DNA from: Gammaproteobacteria bacterium RIFCSPHIGHO2_12_FULL_35_23
GTDB taxonomy: Bacteria > Pseudomonadota > Gammaproteobacteria > UBA12402
NCBI GenBank assembly: GCA_001801465.1
Contig: MGXT01000023.1
Span: 3,809-67,808, forward strand
Reading direction: 5' to 3'
DNA length: 64,000 nt
Part shown: positions 30,638 to 40,395 of the stretch, one piece after another
Numbering within the stretch: position 1 is the stretch's first letter
Layout of the letters: each line of letters starts with the position of its first letter
Notes under the pieces: model-generated
Databases searched by the model: none
What the model saw: the letters and a program-made list of their open reading frames with translations, nothing else
Told to the model about the DNA's origin: nothing
Made by a program: the position numbers and the translations under genes

Positions 30638-32068
30638 ATGGCATCAACCAAATCTTTTCTACAATTAGGAGTAGCGAGTAATTTATTAGCTACTTTAACC
30701 GAGCTTGGTTACGAAAAACCTACGCCAATACAAATGCAAAGTATTCCTGCTCTTTTATCAGGTCATGATATTATTGCTCAAGCACAAACTGGTACAGGCA
30801 AAACAGCTGCCTTCGCTTTAGCTATTTTAACTCAGTTAGATCTTAATAAATTAAAACCTCAAGCATTAATCTTAACACCTACTCGTGAGCTTGCAATACA
30901 GGTTGCTGAAGCTTTTCAAAGTTATGCAAAACATCTGCCTAATTTTCATGTCATACCAATTTATGGCGGACAAAGCTATACCATACAATTAAAAGCTTTA
31001 AAAAGAGGTGCGCAAGTTGTTATTGGCACACCAGGCAGAATTATGGACCATTTGCGACGCAAAACACTTATTACTTCAGCTTTGAAAACCTTGGTTATTG
31101 ATGAAGCCGATGAAATGCTAAAAATGGGGTTTATTGACGATGTAGATTGGATATTAGAGCAAATATCACAACAACATCAAATCGCTTTATTTTCTGCAAC
31201 CATGCCTCTTCCCATTCAAAAAATAGCTCAGAAGTATTTGCACAATCCTCTCACCATTCAAATACAGTCAAACACCAAAACGGTTGCTGCTATACAACAA
31301 TTTTATACTTTAGTTTCTAATCAATACAAACTTGAAGCACTAACTCGCTTTCTTGAAATAGAGGATTTTGAAGCCGCCCTTATTTTTGTTCGAACTAAAC
31401 TTGAAACCATTAACCTTGCTGAAAAATTAGGCGCAAGAGGCTATCATGTCATGGCTTTGAACGGTGATATTAAACAATCTGAGCGTGAAAGAATTATTAC
31501 CAAGCTTAAAAATGGTCAGCTGGATTTAGTGGTTGCTACAGATGTTGCAGCTCGAGGAATAGATATAGAACGTATGAGTTATGTGATTAATTATGATCTT
31601 CCCTCTGATTCAGAATCTTATATTCATCGCATTGGCCGTACTGGCCGTGCTGGCCGTGAAGGAAAAGCTTTGTTGTTTATTAGTCCTAGAGAAATTCAGT
31701 CATTAAAATATATAGAGCGCTCAATAGGCCAACAAATAACTGAAATAAAGCCTCCATCAGCCAATAATATTACTGAAAAACGCATTCAACAATTAATGGA
31801 AAAAATTATTGCTGTTATTAACAAAGGCGAGTTAGAACCTTATTATTTTTCTGTTGAACAAATTATGAAACAATATAATTATAACGCACTAGACATTGCA
31901 GCTGCACTCTCTTATTTGACTCAACAAAAAAATCCTATACAAATAGAGGAAAAAAGCTTTATTGACAAAAATGAACATTTACCAAGTACTAATAAAAAGA
32001 ATCACTCTAAGAATAAATCGAGGCCACGAAAATTTACTCGCAAAAAATTTAATAAAAATAGTAACTAA
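30638..32068 (+). CDS. DEAD-box ATP-dependent RNA helicase
   Basis: Q motif, AQTGTGKT, PTRELA, VIDEADEM, SAT, HRIGRTGRAGREG, followed by a basic Lys/Asn-rich C-terminal tail. Confidence 0.9.
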   Translation: MASTKSFLQLGVASNLLATLTELGYEKPTPIQMQSIPALLSGHDIIAQAQTGTGKTAAFALAILTQLDLNKLKPQALILTPTRELAIQVAEAFQSYAKHLPNFHVIPIYGGQSYTIQLKALKRGAQVVIGTPGRIMDHLRRKTLITSALKTLVIDEADEMLKMGFIDDVDWILEQISQQHQIALFSATMPLPIQKIAQKYLHNPLTIQIQSNTKTVAAIQQFYTLVSNQYKLEALTRFLEIEDFEAALIFVRTKLETINLAEKLGARGYHVMALNGDIKQSERERIITKLKNGQLDLVVATDVAARGIDIERMSYVINYDLPSDSESYIHRIGRTGRAGREGKALLFISPREIQSLKYIERSIGQQITEIKPPSANNITEKRIQQLMEKIIAVINKGELEPYYFSVEQIMKQYNYNALDIAAALSYLTQQKNPIQIEEKSFIDKNEHLPSTNKKNHSKNKSRPRKFTRKKFNKNSN

Positions 32069-32257
32069 ACATCAGCCCTATTTGTAATAATCTTACTCTT
32101 AGTTACATTAAGATGTATAAACTGCTGTTTTTCTATTCATGCAGCAAAGTTCACATAAGTATTGTCATGGCATATAACTTTCTTTACGAATACACCTATA
32201 TCAGGCACTAAATAAAAGGTACAATATTACTTTATAAAAGATAAAGGGGACTTAATT

Positions 32258-32614
32258 ATGCTTACAGAAATTAAATTAACTACACTCGCTTTATTATTTT
32301 TAACTACTACTTTAGTTTATGCCGACCATCCTAATTGTACAACTTATTTTACTGTGCGTAATTCAGTTCCAGAAAAGTTTAATTTAACTAATTGCTATAA
32401 AAACTTTGTTGCTAAAGCTCCAATCACTGGTTTTAGCTTAACTTGGCTACCCTCCAATCCATTAATAAATTTTAAATCATTATCTGCAAGTAGCATTATT
32501 TTAAAATACAATGGTTCAGCCATTCAACCAGGTAGCTACCGACTAAATTTAACTATGCTAAACAGCTTAAATCAAAGCTATCCTGTGCAATTTACTTTTC
32601 ATATCTTGCAATAA
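32258..32614 (+). CDS. small secreted hypothetical protein
   Basis: 118 aa with N-terminal signal peptide MLTEIKLTTLALLFLTTTLVYA. RBS AAGGGGA upstream. Confidence 0.4.
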   Translation: MLTEIKLTTLALLFLTTTLVYADHPNCTTYFTVRNSVPEKFNLTNCYKNFVAKAPITGFSLTWLPSNPLINFKSLSASSIILKYNGSAIQPGSYRLNLTMLNSLNQSYPVQFTFHILQ

Positions 32615-32631
32615 GTGACAGCGATTACTTT

Positions 32632-34062
32632 TTATTGGTCGACAACAAGCTTACGTTTTGACTTATGGCCGGTAACACTTTGTCCATCATCGTGATGCAG
32701 TTTAGCAATATGATAATAAGACATCAAAATAACTGCTGCAATAACAATAAAGGTACTGTGAAAGGCATGGGCACTAAACTCAACATGCCGATGCCTTAAT
32801 AAAAAAATTTGTAATAACAGTGCTGAGAACGCAACCGAAACACTACCCATAACTTGTTGCAAAGCTGCAGCCAAACTAATCATTTGGCCCAATAAAGTTG
32901 GCGTGGCATCAATTATATTGAGTGTTTGTAAAGAAGTATATTGTAATGAAATACTATAACCAAAGATAAATAAGCTGATTACTATTAATAGCTTATGGTC
33001 TATAGGTTGAATAAAGCAAAAAGAAATAATAACAAAAGCTAAGATAACAGTATTATAAAGCATTGTTTGCTTTAATCCCAGTCGATTTACAACTGCAGTT
33101 GCAAGTACTTTAGTCACCAACATACCCAAAGGATATGGCAATAATAATATCGCTGTTTTCATAGCAGAAAGATGATAAGTTAATTGATACATCAAAGCTA
33201 ATAAAAAGCTAAGTGCACTGGTTCCTAAACGAATATTTGCACTACAGATTAAAGCAATCCGATAGGTACGTATTTTAAAAACAGCTGTATTAATAAAGGG
33301 GTTTATCTTGCGTTTATGATGTAGATAATATAATCCAAAACAAACTACTCCTATTAATAGAAAAATAAACTCATTAGAGAAAGGTAATGCCTCACTACCA
33401 ATAATAGAAAAGGCAAACGCAACCCCAGCAACCCCCATACCAAATAATAAAAACCCCAACCAATCTAAACGTTCGACTTCGTGATTGACAAGATTAGGCA
33501 TATATTTATTAATTAAAATAAGACCTGTTATGACAAAAGGAATATTAATAAAAAATATCCATCGCCAAGAAAAATAACTAACGATTAAACCACCAAAAAT
33601 GGGCCCTAAAGCTGGGCCTAACAAACTAATAGTCCCTACAGTTGCCATAATTTTAAAAATTTCAGATTTGGGGTAAATTTTATTTAAAGCAATTCTACCG
33701 ACTGGCAGCATCATAGCACCACCAACACCTTGCAATAGTCTTGCTAAAACTAATTGATACAGAGAAAAAGAGAAGCCACTGGCTAAAGATCCTAATCCAA
33801 ACAGGGCAACCGAAAGCATAAAAATTTTACGTGTACCAAACCGATCGGCTAGCCAACCACTAACTGGAATAAAAACACCTTGACTTAATAAATAGCTAGT
33901 CACAGCCAACTTTAATTCAAGTGGTGATACTTGCAATGAACGGGCAATAGTTGGAATAGCAATATTTAAAATCATGCTATCTAAAGAATTAATAAAAAAA
34001 GCAATAGCTACTACTTTAGGAATAATTTTTCTTGTGTAGCTTGATAAATTTAATTCTCTCAT
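32632..34062 (-). CDS. MFS transporter, DHA2 (14-TM EmrB/QacA-like) family
   Basis: 476 aa with 14 hydrophobic segments. MFS motif A GWLADRFGTRKIFMLS. Confidence 0.8.
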   Translation of the reverse strand: MRELNLSSYTRKIIPKVVAIAFFINSLDSMILNIAIPTIARSLQVSPLELKLAVTSYLLSQGVFIPVSGWLADRFGTRKIFMLSVALFGLGSLASGFSFSLYQLVLARLLQGVGGAMMLPVGRIALNKIYPKSEIFKIMATVGTISLLGPALGPIFGGLIVSYFSWRWIFFINIPFVITGLILINKYMPNLVNHEVERLDWLGFLLFGMGVAGVAFAFSIIGSEALPFSNEFIFLLIGVVCFGLYYLHHKRKINPFINTAVFKIRTYRIALICSANIRLGTSALSFLLALMYQLTYHLSAMKTAILLLPYPLGMLVTKVLATAVVNRLGLKQTMLYNTVILAFVIISFCFIQPIDHKLLIVISLFIFGYSISLQYTSLQTLNIIDATPTLLGQMISLAAALQQVMGSVSVAFSALLLQIFLLRHRHVEFSAHAFHSTFIVIAAVILMSYYHIAKLHHDDGQSVTGHKSKRKLVVDQ

Positions 34063-34360
34063 ACCTTAGCAAACCATGTTAATAACCGACAAAACTGTTT
34101 AATAAAAGAACTATTTAGATTTTTAATAAAAAATAAACCTCTTAAAAATCATGACACGCAATAATAAAAATACTGACATTCTCTCCTCAAGAACTTACTT
34201 AAAACCTTGAGTAGGATAATTTTATATAAAAATTATATAGTTATAGAGAATTTCTCTACTTAAATCTGTTATTTAAGTTTACTCAAATTATACCTTCAGG
34301 ATTTTTTTAAAGCCATTTTTTACTGCTATACTGATATTACTAATTAAGAGAAAGGAGTCC

Positions 34361-35728
34361 ATGATGAGACAAACGGTTAACCCTACCACGGGGAAAATAT
34401 TAAAAACCTATCCAGAGATGTCTACCGAAGAGGTTTCAACAATTATTAATAATGCTCATAATGCCTACCTCTCTTGGCGACATACTAGTTTTACCGAACG
34501 TGCACAAGTATTAAAAAATACAGCCAAGTTATTACGCGAAAGAAAAAAAGACTATGCAAAACTAATGGCTTTAGAAATGGGAAAGCCCATTACTAGCGGT
34601 CAAGGTGAAATCGAAAAGTGTGCTTGGGTTTGTGAATATTATGCGGATAACGCTGAAAAATTTTTAACGCCACGAATTATTAAAACTGAAATGTATTTGA
34701 GTAAAGTTTGTTATCAACCCCGTGGTATTGTATTTGCTATCATGCCTTGGAATTTTCCTTTTTGGCAAGTATTTAGATTTGCCTGCCCTACTTTAATGGC
34801 TGGAAATACTGGTTTATTAGCTCATGCACCTATTTCTACTGGTACAGCTTTAGCTATTGAAGAATTATTTAAAGATGCTGGCTGCCCAAAAGACGTTTTT
34901 AGAAGCTTAATTATTAGTATTGAAGAATCAGCAAGGGTCATTGCAAATCCAAAAGTAACAGCTGTTACATTAACTGGTAGTGAAAGAGCCGGTAAAGCTG
35001 TTGCCTCCGAAGCAGGTCAAAACTTAAAGAAAGTTGTTCTTGAGTTAGGTGGTAGTGATCCTTATTTAATTCTTAAAGATGCTGATCTAGAGCAAGCAGC
35101 CGAAGCTTGCGTTGCCTCAAGAATGAGTAACACTGGGCAAGTATGTATTGCTGCAAAACGCTTATTAGTTGTTGATGAAATTCGTGAACCATTTGAAAAG
35201 TTAATTGTTGAGAAAACAGCTCGCTACCAAATGGGAGACCCTTTAGATGAAAAAACAAATTTTGGTCCCATGGCTCGCTTTGATTTACGAGAACAATTAC
35301 ATAAACAAATAGAAAAAACTATCACCGAAGGTGCTGAACTAGTCTGTGGAGGTCATATTCCTGAGGGCGAAGGCTTCTTTTATCCACCAACTATTTTACG
35401 TAACGTAAAACCTACTATGACCGCTTGCAAAGAAGAACTATTTGGCCCAGTCATTACTATCATCCCTGTAAAAGACGAAGCTGAAGCGATAAAATTAGCC
35501 AATGCAACACAATATGGTTTAGCGGGTGCAGTCTTTACTAAAGATACTGCTCGAGGTGAAAAGATCGCTACTGAAATGATTGAAGCTGGCTCTGTCAGCG
35601 TTAATACTTTTGTAGCTTCAGACCCACGCTTACCTTTTGGTGGCATCAAGCTCTCTGGCTTTGGTAGAGAACTGGCTGAAGAAGGAATACGTGAATTCGT
35701 CAATGTTAAAACTGTATCAATAAAATAA
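34361..35728 (+). CDS. NAD(P)-dependent succinate-semialdehyde dehydrogenase-like aldehyde dehydrogenase (SSADH1/GabD1-type, ~455 aa)
   Basis: Catalytic Cys context GQVCIAAKRLLV, general base in ELGGSDP and the FPFWQ NAD-binding region. The short 455-aa form is typical of the Sad/GabD1 clade. RBS AAGGAG upstream. Confidence 0.85.
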   Translation: MMRQTVNPTTGKILKTYPEMSTEEVSTIINNAHNAYLSWRHTSFTERAQVLKNTAKLLRERKKDYAKLMALEMGKPITSGQGEIEKCAWVCEYYADNAEKFLTPRIIKTEMYLSKVCYQPRGIVFAIMPWNFPFWQVFRFACPTLMAGNTGLLAHAPISTGTALAIEELFKDAGCPKDVFRSLIISIEESARVIANPKVTAVTLTGSERAGKAVASEAGQNLKKVVLELGGSDPYLILKDADLEQAAEACVASRMSNTGQVCIAAKRLLVVDEIREPFEKLIVEKTARYQMGDPLDEKTNFGPMARFDLREQLHKQIEKTITEGAELVCGGHIPEGEGFFYPPTILRNVKPTMTACKEELFGPVITIIPVKDEAEAIKLANATQYGLAGAVFTKDTARGEKIATEMIEAGSVSVNTFVASDPRLPFGGIKLSGFGRELAEEGIREFVNVKTVSIK

Positions 35729-35745
35729 TCAGTGTAGAGGTTACT

Positions 35746-37389
35746 ATGAAGGCTTCAGATTTATTTCTCAGATGCTTAGAACAAGAGGGGGTAGAAATTA
35801 TTTTTGGTGTACCTGGTGAAGAAAATGCTGATATTATGATTTCTCTTTTAAGCTCAAAAATTAAATTTATTACCTGTCGACATGAACAATCAGCAGCCTT
35901 CATGGCAGACATGTATGGTCGATTAACAGGTAAACCAGGCGTTTGTCTTGCTACGCTTGGGCCCGGTGCAACCAATTTAATTACAGGTGTTGCTAACGCC
36001 AATATGGACCATGCCCCTTTAATTGCTATCATAGGTCAAGCCAGCACTTCTCGTTTACATAAGGAATCCCATCAGAATATGGATTCTATTACAATGTATA
36101 AGCCCGTTAGTAAATGGGCGACAACTATTCGAGAAGGTGAAGTAATTCCTGAAGTTGTTCGTAAAGCTTTTAAAGTTGCAACCGAAGCCAAACCAGGTGC
36201 TGTTGTTATTGAGTTACCTGAAGATATTGCCAAAATAGATATTCAAACAAATCCTATTCTACCCAAAACTAGTATTTGTGCTCGCAGCACTGAAATTTTA
36301 AAAATCTCAACAGCCATGTCAATGATTAATGAAAGTAAATATCCTCTAATCATAGCTGGAAACGGTTGTATTCGAGAAAATTGTTTTGAGCAGTTACAAG
36401 ATTTTTTAGAACGAACAGGTATTTATGCCAGTGTAACCTTTATGGGCAAAGGTGCTATTTCAGATGAACACCCACAATCGTTGCTTTGTGTAGGATTAGG
36501 CATGAAAGATATTAGTCTAAAAGCTTTTGATCAGGCAGACTTAATTATTTGTATTGGGTATGATTTAGTAGAATGGCCTCCTCATAGCTGGAATCCCAAT
36601 GCTGATAAAAAAATTATTCACATTGATACCCTACCAGCTGAAGTCGATCAATATTATGATGTTGATTTAGAATTGGTGGGTGATATCCATGCTATTTTGG
36701 CTCAATTAAATCAACGAACTGAAGACAGTCATCATAGAGAGTTTAAGAACTTTGCCAAAATCCGCGAAGAAATTATTAAAGATATTTCTAACAATAATGA
36801 AGAATCCCCTGCTCCTATAAAACCTCAAAAAATCTTAAATGACCTTAGAGCTATTCTTAAAGATAAAGATATCTTAATTAGTGATGTTGGTGCTCATAAA
36901 ATGTGGGTAGCACGACAGTATCCTACTTACTTCCCAAAAACTTGTTTTATCTATAACGGCTTTTGCTCAATGGGTGGTGCAATGCCTGGTGCTGTGGTAG
37001 CTAAATACCTTTATCCCGAAAAAAATGTAGTCGCTTTATGTGGTGATGGTGGTTTTATAATGAGTATTCAAGCTTTGGTAACGGCTGTACAATTAAAGCT
37101 CCCAATTATTGTAATGATTTGGGAAGATAATTTTTATGGTTTAATCAAATGGAAGCAAGAAGCTGCTTATCATGAAATTTCTCATGTAGAATTAGATAAT
37201 CCTAATTTAGTAAAAGTGGGACAAGCTTTTGGATGCCATGCTATTCGCATTAATTCCTCAAATGAATTAATTCCAGCAATTGAAAAAGCCTCTATGGAAA
37301 AAGATAAACCGACTGTCATTATCGTACCAGTAGATTATCGGGAAAATATGAAACTAACTAAACACTTGGGTAAAATCGTTGCCCATTAA
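35746..37389 (+). CDS. thiamine-diphosphate enzyme of the acetolactate synthase (catabolic AlsS-like) family; possible 2-oxoacid decarboxylase
   Basis: 547 aa, collinear with Klebsiella catabolic ALS (LIICIGYDLVEWPP vs LVICIGYSPVEYEP; ALCGDGGF TPP motif; IIVPVDYRENMKL vs VAIPVDYRDNPLL). Starts 18 bp after the ALDH stop. Confidence 0.85.
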   Translation: MKASDLFLRCLEQEGVEIIFGVPGEENADIMISLLSSKIKFITCRHEQSAAFMADMYGRLTGKPGVCLATLGPGATNLITGVANANMDHAPLIAIIGQASTSRLHKESHQNMDSITMYKPVSKWATTIREGEVIPEVVRKAFKVATEAKPGAVVIELPEDIAKIDIQTNPILPKTSICARSTEILKISTAMSMINESKYPLIIAGNGCIRENCFEQLQDFLERTGIYASVTFMGKGAISDEHPQSLLCVGLGMKDISLKAFDQADLIICIGYDLVEWPPHSWNPNADKKIIHIDTLPAEVDQYYDVDLELVGDIHAILAQLNQRTEDSHHREFKNFAKIREEIIKDISNNNEESPAPIKPQKILNDLRAILKDKDILISDVGAHKMWVARQYPTYFPKTCFIYNGFCSMGGAMPGAVVAKYLYPEKNVVALCGDGGFIMSIQALVTAVQLKLPIIVMIWEDNFYGLIKWKQEAAYHEISHVELDNPNLVKVGQAFGCHAIRINSSNELIPAIEKASMEKDKPTVIIVPVDYRENMKLTKHLGKIVAH

Positions 37390-37413
37390 AGTGACGAGAA
37401 AATAAACAAAAAA

Positions 37414-37442
37414 AGACTATCTCTCGGATAGTTTATCTTTTA
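37414..37442 (+). terminator. weak rho-independent terminator after the ALS-like gene
   Basis: Inverted repeat ACTATC-tctcg-GATAGT followed by TTATCTTTT. The stem is short and AT-rich. Confidence 0.3.
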
Positions 37443-37478
37443 AAATTAGCTTTTTTTAACCTAATTAAAAGAAAAATT

Positions 37479-38144
37479 ATGCCTAATATTTCTTGTAAAA
37501 ATTGTGCTTTATCAAACTTATGCTTACCTTTTTCACTTAATAAACAACAAGTTGAAGAGCTTGACCAGAAAATTAAACGTCGTAAACCTATCAAACGGAG
37601 CGAAGCCCTTTATCGTAACCATGAAAAATTTACTACTCTTTTTGTGGTGCGTTCAGGGGCTTTCAAATCTGTCATTAATTATGAAACCCGTGAACAAATA
37701 ACTAATTTCTTTTTTGCAGGAGAAATTGTCGGCTTAGAAGGCATAGCAAACCAACAATATATTACAACCACTACTGCTCTAGTTGATAGTTTTGTTTGTG
37801 AAATTTCTGCCGAAGATTTAACTCAATTTACAAGAAAATTTCCTTCTGTACAACAGCAAGCTTTGCAAATGATGAGTCAAGAAATAGTTCATAATACTCA
37901 AGCTTATTTTCACGGAGAAGCTACAGACAAATTATTACATTTTTTATTACATCTTTCTAAAAGATTTCAGCGCTATGGCTATTCGTCAAAACAATTTCAA
38001 TTACCTATGGCAAAGCAAGAGATCGCTAATTACCTAGGTCTTGCTAGTGAAACTATCAGCAGAATTTTTACCAAACTCCAGTATGACAATTTAATTGAAA
38101 TAGACAATCGTTATATTACTATAAAAGAGGCGCAGCATGGATGA
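37479..38144 (+). CDS. fnr: FNR-type [4Fe-4S] oxygen-sensing Crp/Fnr transcription regulator
   Basis: N-terminal CKNCALSNLC reproduces FNR Cys20-x2-Cys23-x5-Cys29 spacing. The fourth Cys sits in SFVCEIS (E. coli SMVCEIP). DNA-recognition helix ETISRIF retains the E--SR residues that read TTGAT half-sites. Confidence 0.8.
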   Translation: MPNISCKNCALSNLCLPFSLNKQQVEELDQKIKRRKPIKRSEALYRNHEKFTTLFVVRSGAFKSVINYETREQITNFFFAGEIVGLEGIANQQYITTTTALVDSFVCEISAEDLTQFTRKFPSVQQQALQMMSQEIVHNTQAYFHGEATDKLLHFLLHLSKRFQRYGYSSKQFQLPMAKQEIANYLGLASETISRIFTKLQYDNLIEIDNRYITIKEAQHG

Positions 38145-38147
38145 TTT

Positions 38148-38696
38148 ATGACAATTAAACCAATTTTAAAAATGGGTAACCCTCTTCTTTTACAACGCTC
38201 ACAAGAAGTAATTGATCCTGTAGCACCTGAAATTTCTCAGCTTATCACCGATTTATTTGATACTATGTATGCTACCAAAGGAATTGGTTTAAGCGCCCCA
38301 CAAATAGGCATTAACTTACGCGTAATGATATTTGGCTTTGAAAAAAGTGAGCGGTATCCTAATGCAAAGCCGGTGCCTACAACTATTTTAATTAACCCAA
38401 CTATTGAAATCTTAACACAAACTATGCAGGCAGGTTGGGAAGGCTGTATCAGTGTACCTGGTCTTCGTGGCGTTGTTTCTCGTCCTACCAAAATACATTA
38501 CCAAGGCATTGATGAAAAAGGGCAACCCATTGACAGAATAGCAACTGATTTCCATGCCCGTATGGTCCAGCATGAATATGATCATCTTGAAGGTATTTTA
38601 TTTCCACAGAGAATAACTGATATGAGACTATTTGGTTTTGAAAATGAAGTTTGGGACAAAATCATTACCAATAACATACCAGTATATGATTTATAG
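38148..38696 (+). CDS. def: peptide deformylase
   Basis: Motifs GIGLSAPQIG, EGCISVPG and HEYDHLEG. Confidence 0.85.
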   Translation: MTIKPILKMGNPLLLQRSQEVIDPVAPEISQLITDLFDTMYATKGIGLSAPQIGINLRVMIFGFEKSERYPNAKPVPTTILINPTIEILTQTMQAGWEGCISVPGLRGVVSRPTKIHYQGIDEKGQPIDRIATDFHARMVQHEYDHLEGILFPQRITDMRLFGFENEVWDKIITNNIPVYDL

Positions 38697-38704
38697 TTTT
38701 TTGC

Positions 38705-38884
38705 CTAAATTCCCATATAAAAACCATTTCCAGAGGCTAAAGAAGCTTTACAAGTTTGAGAATTTTTTTGTTGTTTACAAGCAGCTAACGCATTTTGGTG
38801 ATAGCCCGTAGGCCCTACAGCTGAAATACAAGCAGCCAATAATAAGGGCATATATAATAAAGTTATTAATTTAAATAATTGCAT
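38705..38884 (-). CDS. small lipoprotein (59 aa, below the ORF-track length cut-off)
   Basis: Minus-strand ORF MQLFKLITLLYMPLLLAACISAVGPTGYHQNALAACKQQKNSQTCKASLASGNGFYMGI, with lipobox LLAAC followed by a Cys-rich mature peptide. Confidence 0.45.
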   Translation of the reverse strand: MQLFKLITLLYMPLLLAACISAVGPTGYHQNALAACKQQKNSQTCKASLASGNGFYMGI

Positions 38885-39024
38885 ATTTATGCTCGTAAAA
38901 TAAAGGACTAATATTTAAACACGCCCTATAGCATAACAAAAATTTCAAAAAACTAAAGTAAAGTCTATTATTATAACCTCTAATCAAGTAAGATGATTAA
39001 ATTATGCCTTATAAGGAATAAACT

Positions 39025-40395
39025 ATGGTATTAAGCATTAGCGCGATTATTCTGTTTATACTTTTAGAAATATTTTTATTAGGCCTTCATAAGAAACAAT
39101 ATTCTTTTAATTTTCGAGTAATTGTAAGTCTATTATTAGGAATTAGTTTTGGTCTCGGTTTACAGTTTTTGGCGGGCGGTGTTAATGCTTTAGCTGTTAA
39201 CGACGTTTTACCTTTTATGCAGTTTTTTGGATTAGGTTACATTGCATTATTAAAAATGTTAGTGATCCCCTTAGTTTTAACCTCTATTATTGCTTCGATT
39301 TTAAAGTTAGGAAGCTTAAGTGGCAAATTACTAAATCGCCTTGCTATACTAACTGTTATCTTATTACTTGGTTTAACTGCCTTAGCATCAGGTATTGGTC
39401 TTGCATTAGGTGACTGGCTCAATATAGGCCAAGGTTTAAGCCTACCTTCTGGTGTTTTTCAACCAGATCAATCCTATCAAGGGTTAGTTGCTACATTACT
39501 TGGTATGCTGCCCAGCAACCCTATTCTTGTGATGACCCAGGAAAATACAATTGCCTTAGTAATATTTGCTATTTTTATTGGTCTTGCAACTATGCTTCTT
39601 GCAAAAACTGATTCTAAGCAAGCCAAGCCTTTTAAGGATTTCATCTTGGCAAGTTTTCACATCAGTAAAAAATTAGCCAACATTGTCATAAGCCTAACGC
39701 CTTTTGGTGTCTTAGGACTAATGGGACTAGAAACAGCAAGCCAAGGATTTCAATCTTTAATTAGCGTTTTAAATTTTATAGGCGCCATGTATCTTGCCAT
39801 GTTAGCGGTTTTAATTCTCCATTGTGTTATTTTATTATCAATTAAAATCAATCCATTTACCTATTTTAAAAAAGCCTATCAACCATTACTAGTTGCTTTT
39901 ACAACCCGCTCAAGCTTTGGCACCCTACCTGTTACAGAAGAAACACTTAAAAACAAATTTAATTTGCCTCAAATTACAGCCAGTTTTGTTCCCAGTATAG
40001 GTGCTACAATAGGCATGAATGCCTGTGCTGGAATTTTCCCCGCAATGTTAGTAGCGATGGGAATGCATATTTTACATTTGCCCATTACCACTACGACTTT
40101 TTTTATGGTAATGTTTATTAATGCCATAGCTTCTTTAGGTGTTTCAGGTATTCCAGGCACCGCCTATGTTGCAGCGGCAGTTACACTTACCACACTCGGA
40201 CTTCCTTATTCTATTGTGGGGATTGTACAAGGTATAGACCCTATCATTGACATGGGAAGAACAGCAGTAAATGTCAATGGCGTCATGACTTCAGCGTTAG
40301 TGGTAGATAAAAATTTAAGTCGCTACCACTTTAATTATGCTGATGATAAGCAATCTGCCATCGAAATCGATGGCAGTGCAGAAGAAACTGTTTAA
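39025..40395 (+). CDS. sodium:dicarboxylate/amino-acid symporter family (SDF/DAACS) transporter
   Basis: 456 aa. Reentrant-loop-like segments [18 protein letters not shown] and [18 protein letters not shown] are characteristic of the GltP/TcyP/SstT family. Confidence 0.7.
   Translation: MVLSISAIILFILLEIFLLGLHKKQYSFNFRVIVSLLLGISFGLGLQFLAGGVNALAVNDVLPFMQFFGLGYIALLKMLVIPLVLTSIIASILKLGSLSGKLLNRLAILTVILLLGLTALASGIGLALGDWLNIGQGLSLPSGVFQPDQSYQGLVATLLGMLPSNPILVMTQENTIALVIFAIFIGLATMLLAKTDSKQAKPFKDFILASFHISKKLANIVISLTPFGVLGLMGLETASQGFQSLISVLNFIGAMYLAMLAVLILHCVILLSIKINPFTYFKKAYQPLLVAFTTRSSFGTLPVTEETLKNKFNLPQITASFVPSIGATIGMNACAGIFPAMLVAMGMHILHLPITTTTFFMVMFINAIASLGVSGIPGTAYVAAAVTLTTLGLPYSIVGIVQGIDPIIDMGRTAVNVNGVMTSALVVDKNLSRYHFNYADDKQSAIEIDGSAEETV

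Noticed and set aside
31630-31665. Tandem 9-bp repeat GGCCGTACT/GGCCGTGCT/GGCCGTGAA in the helicase gene
   Set aside because: It simply encodes helicase motif VI (HRIGRTGRAGREG), so it is not a regulatory or mobile repeat.
35073-36032. Antisense ORFs (35073-35258, 35380-35703, 35706-36032) across the ALDH / ALS-like genes
   Set aside because: They lie opposite two motif-verified genes, so they are spurious.
37504-37701. 65-aa alternative-frame ORF within fnr
   Set aside because: It is embedded in the FNR CDS, which is validated by Cys and helix-turn-helix motifs.
38237-38491. 84-aa antisense ORF within def
   Set aside because: It lies opposite the peptide deformylase gene, whose motifs are intact.
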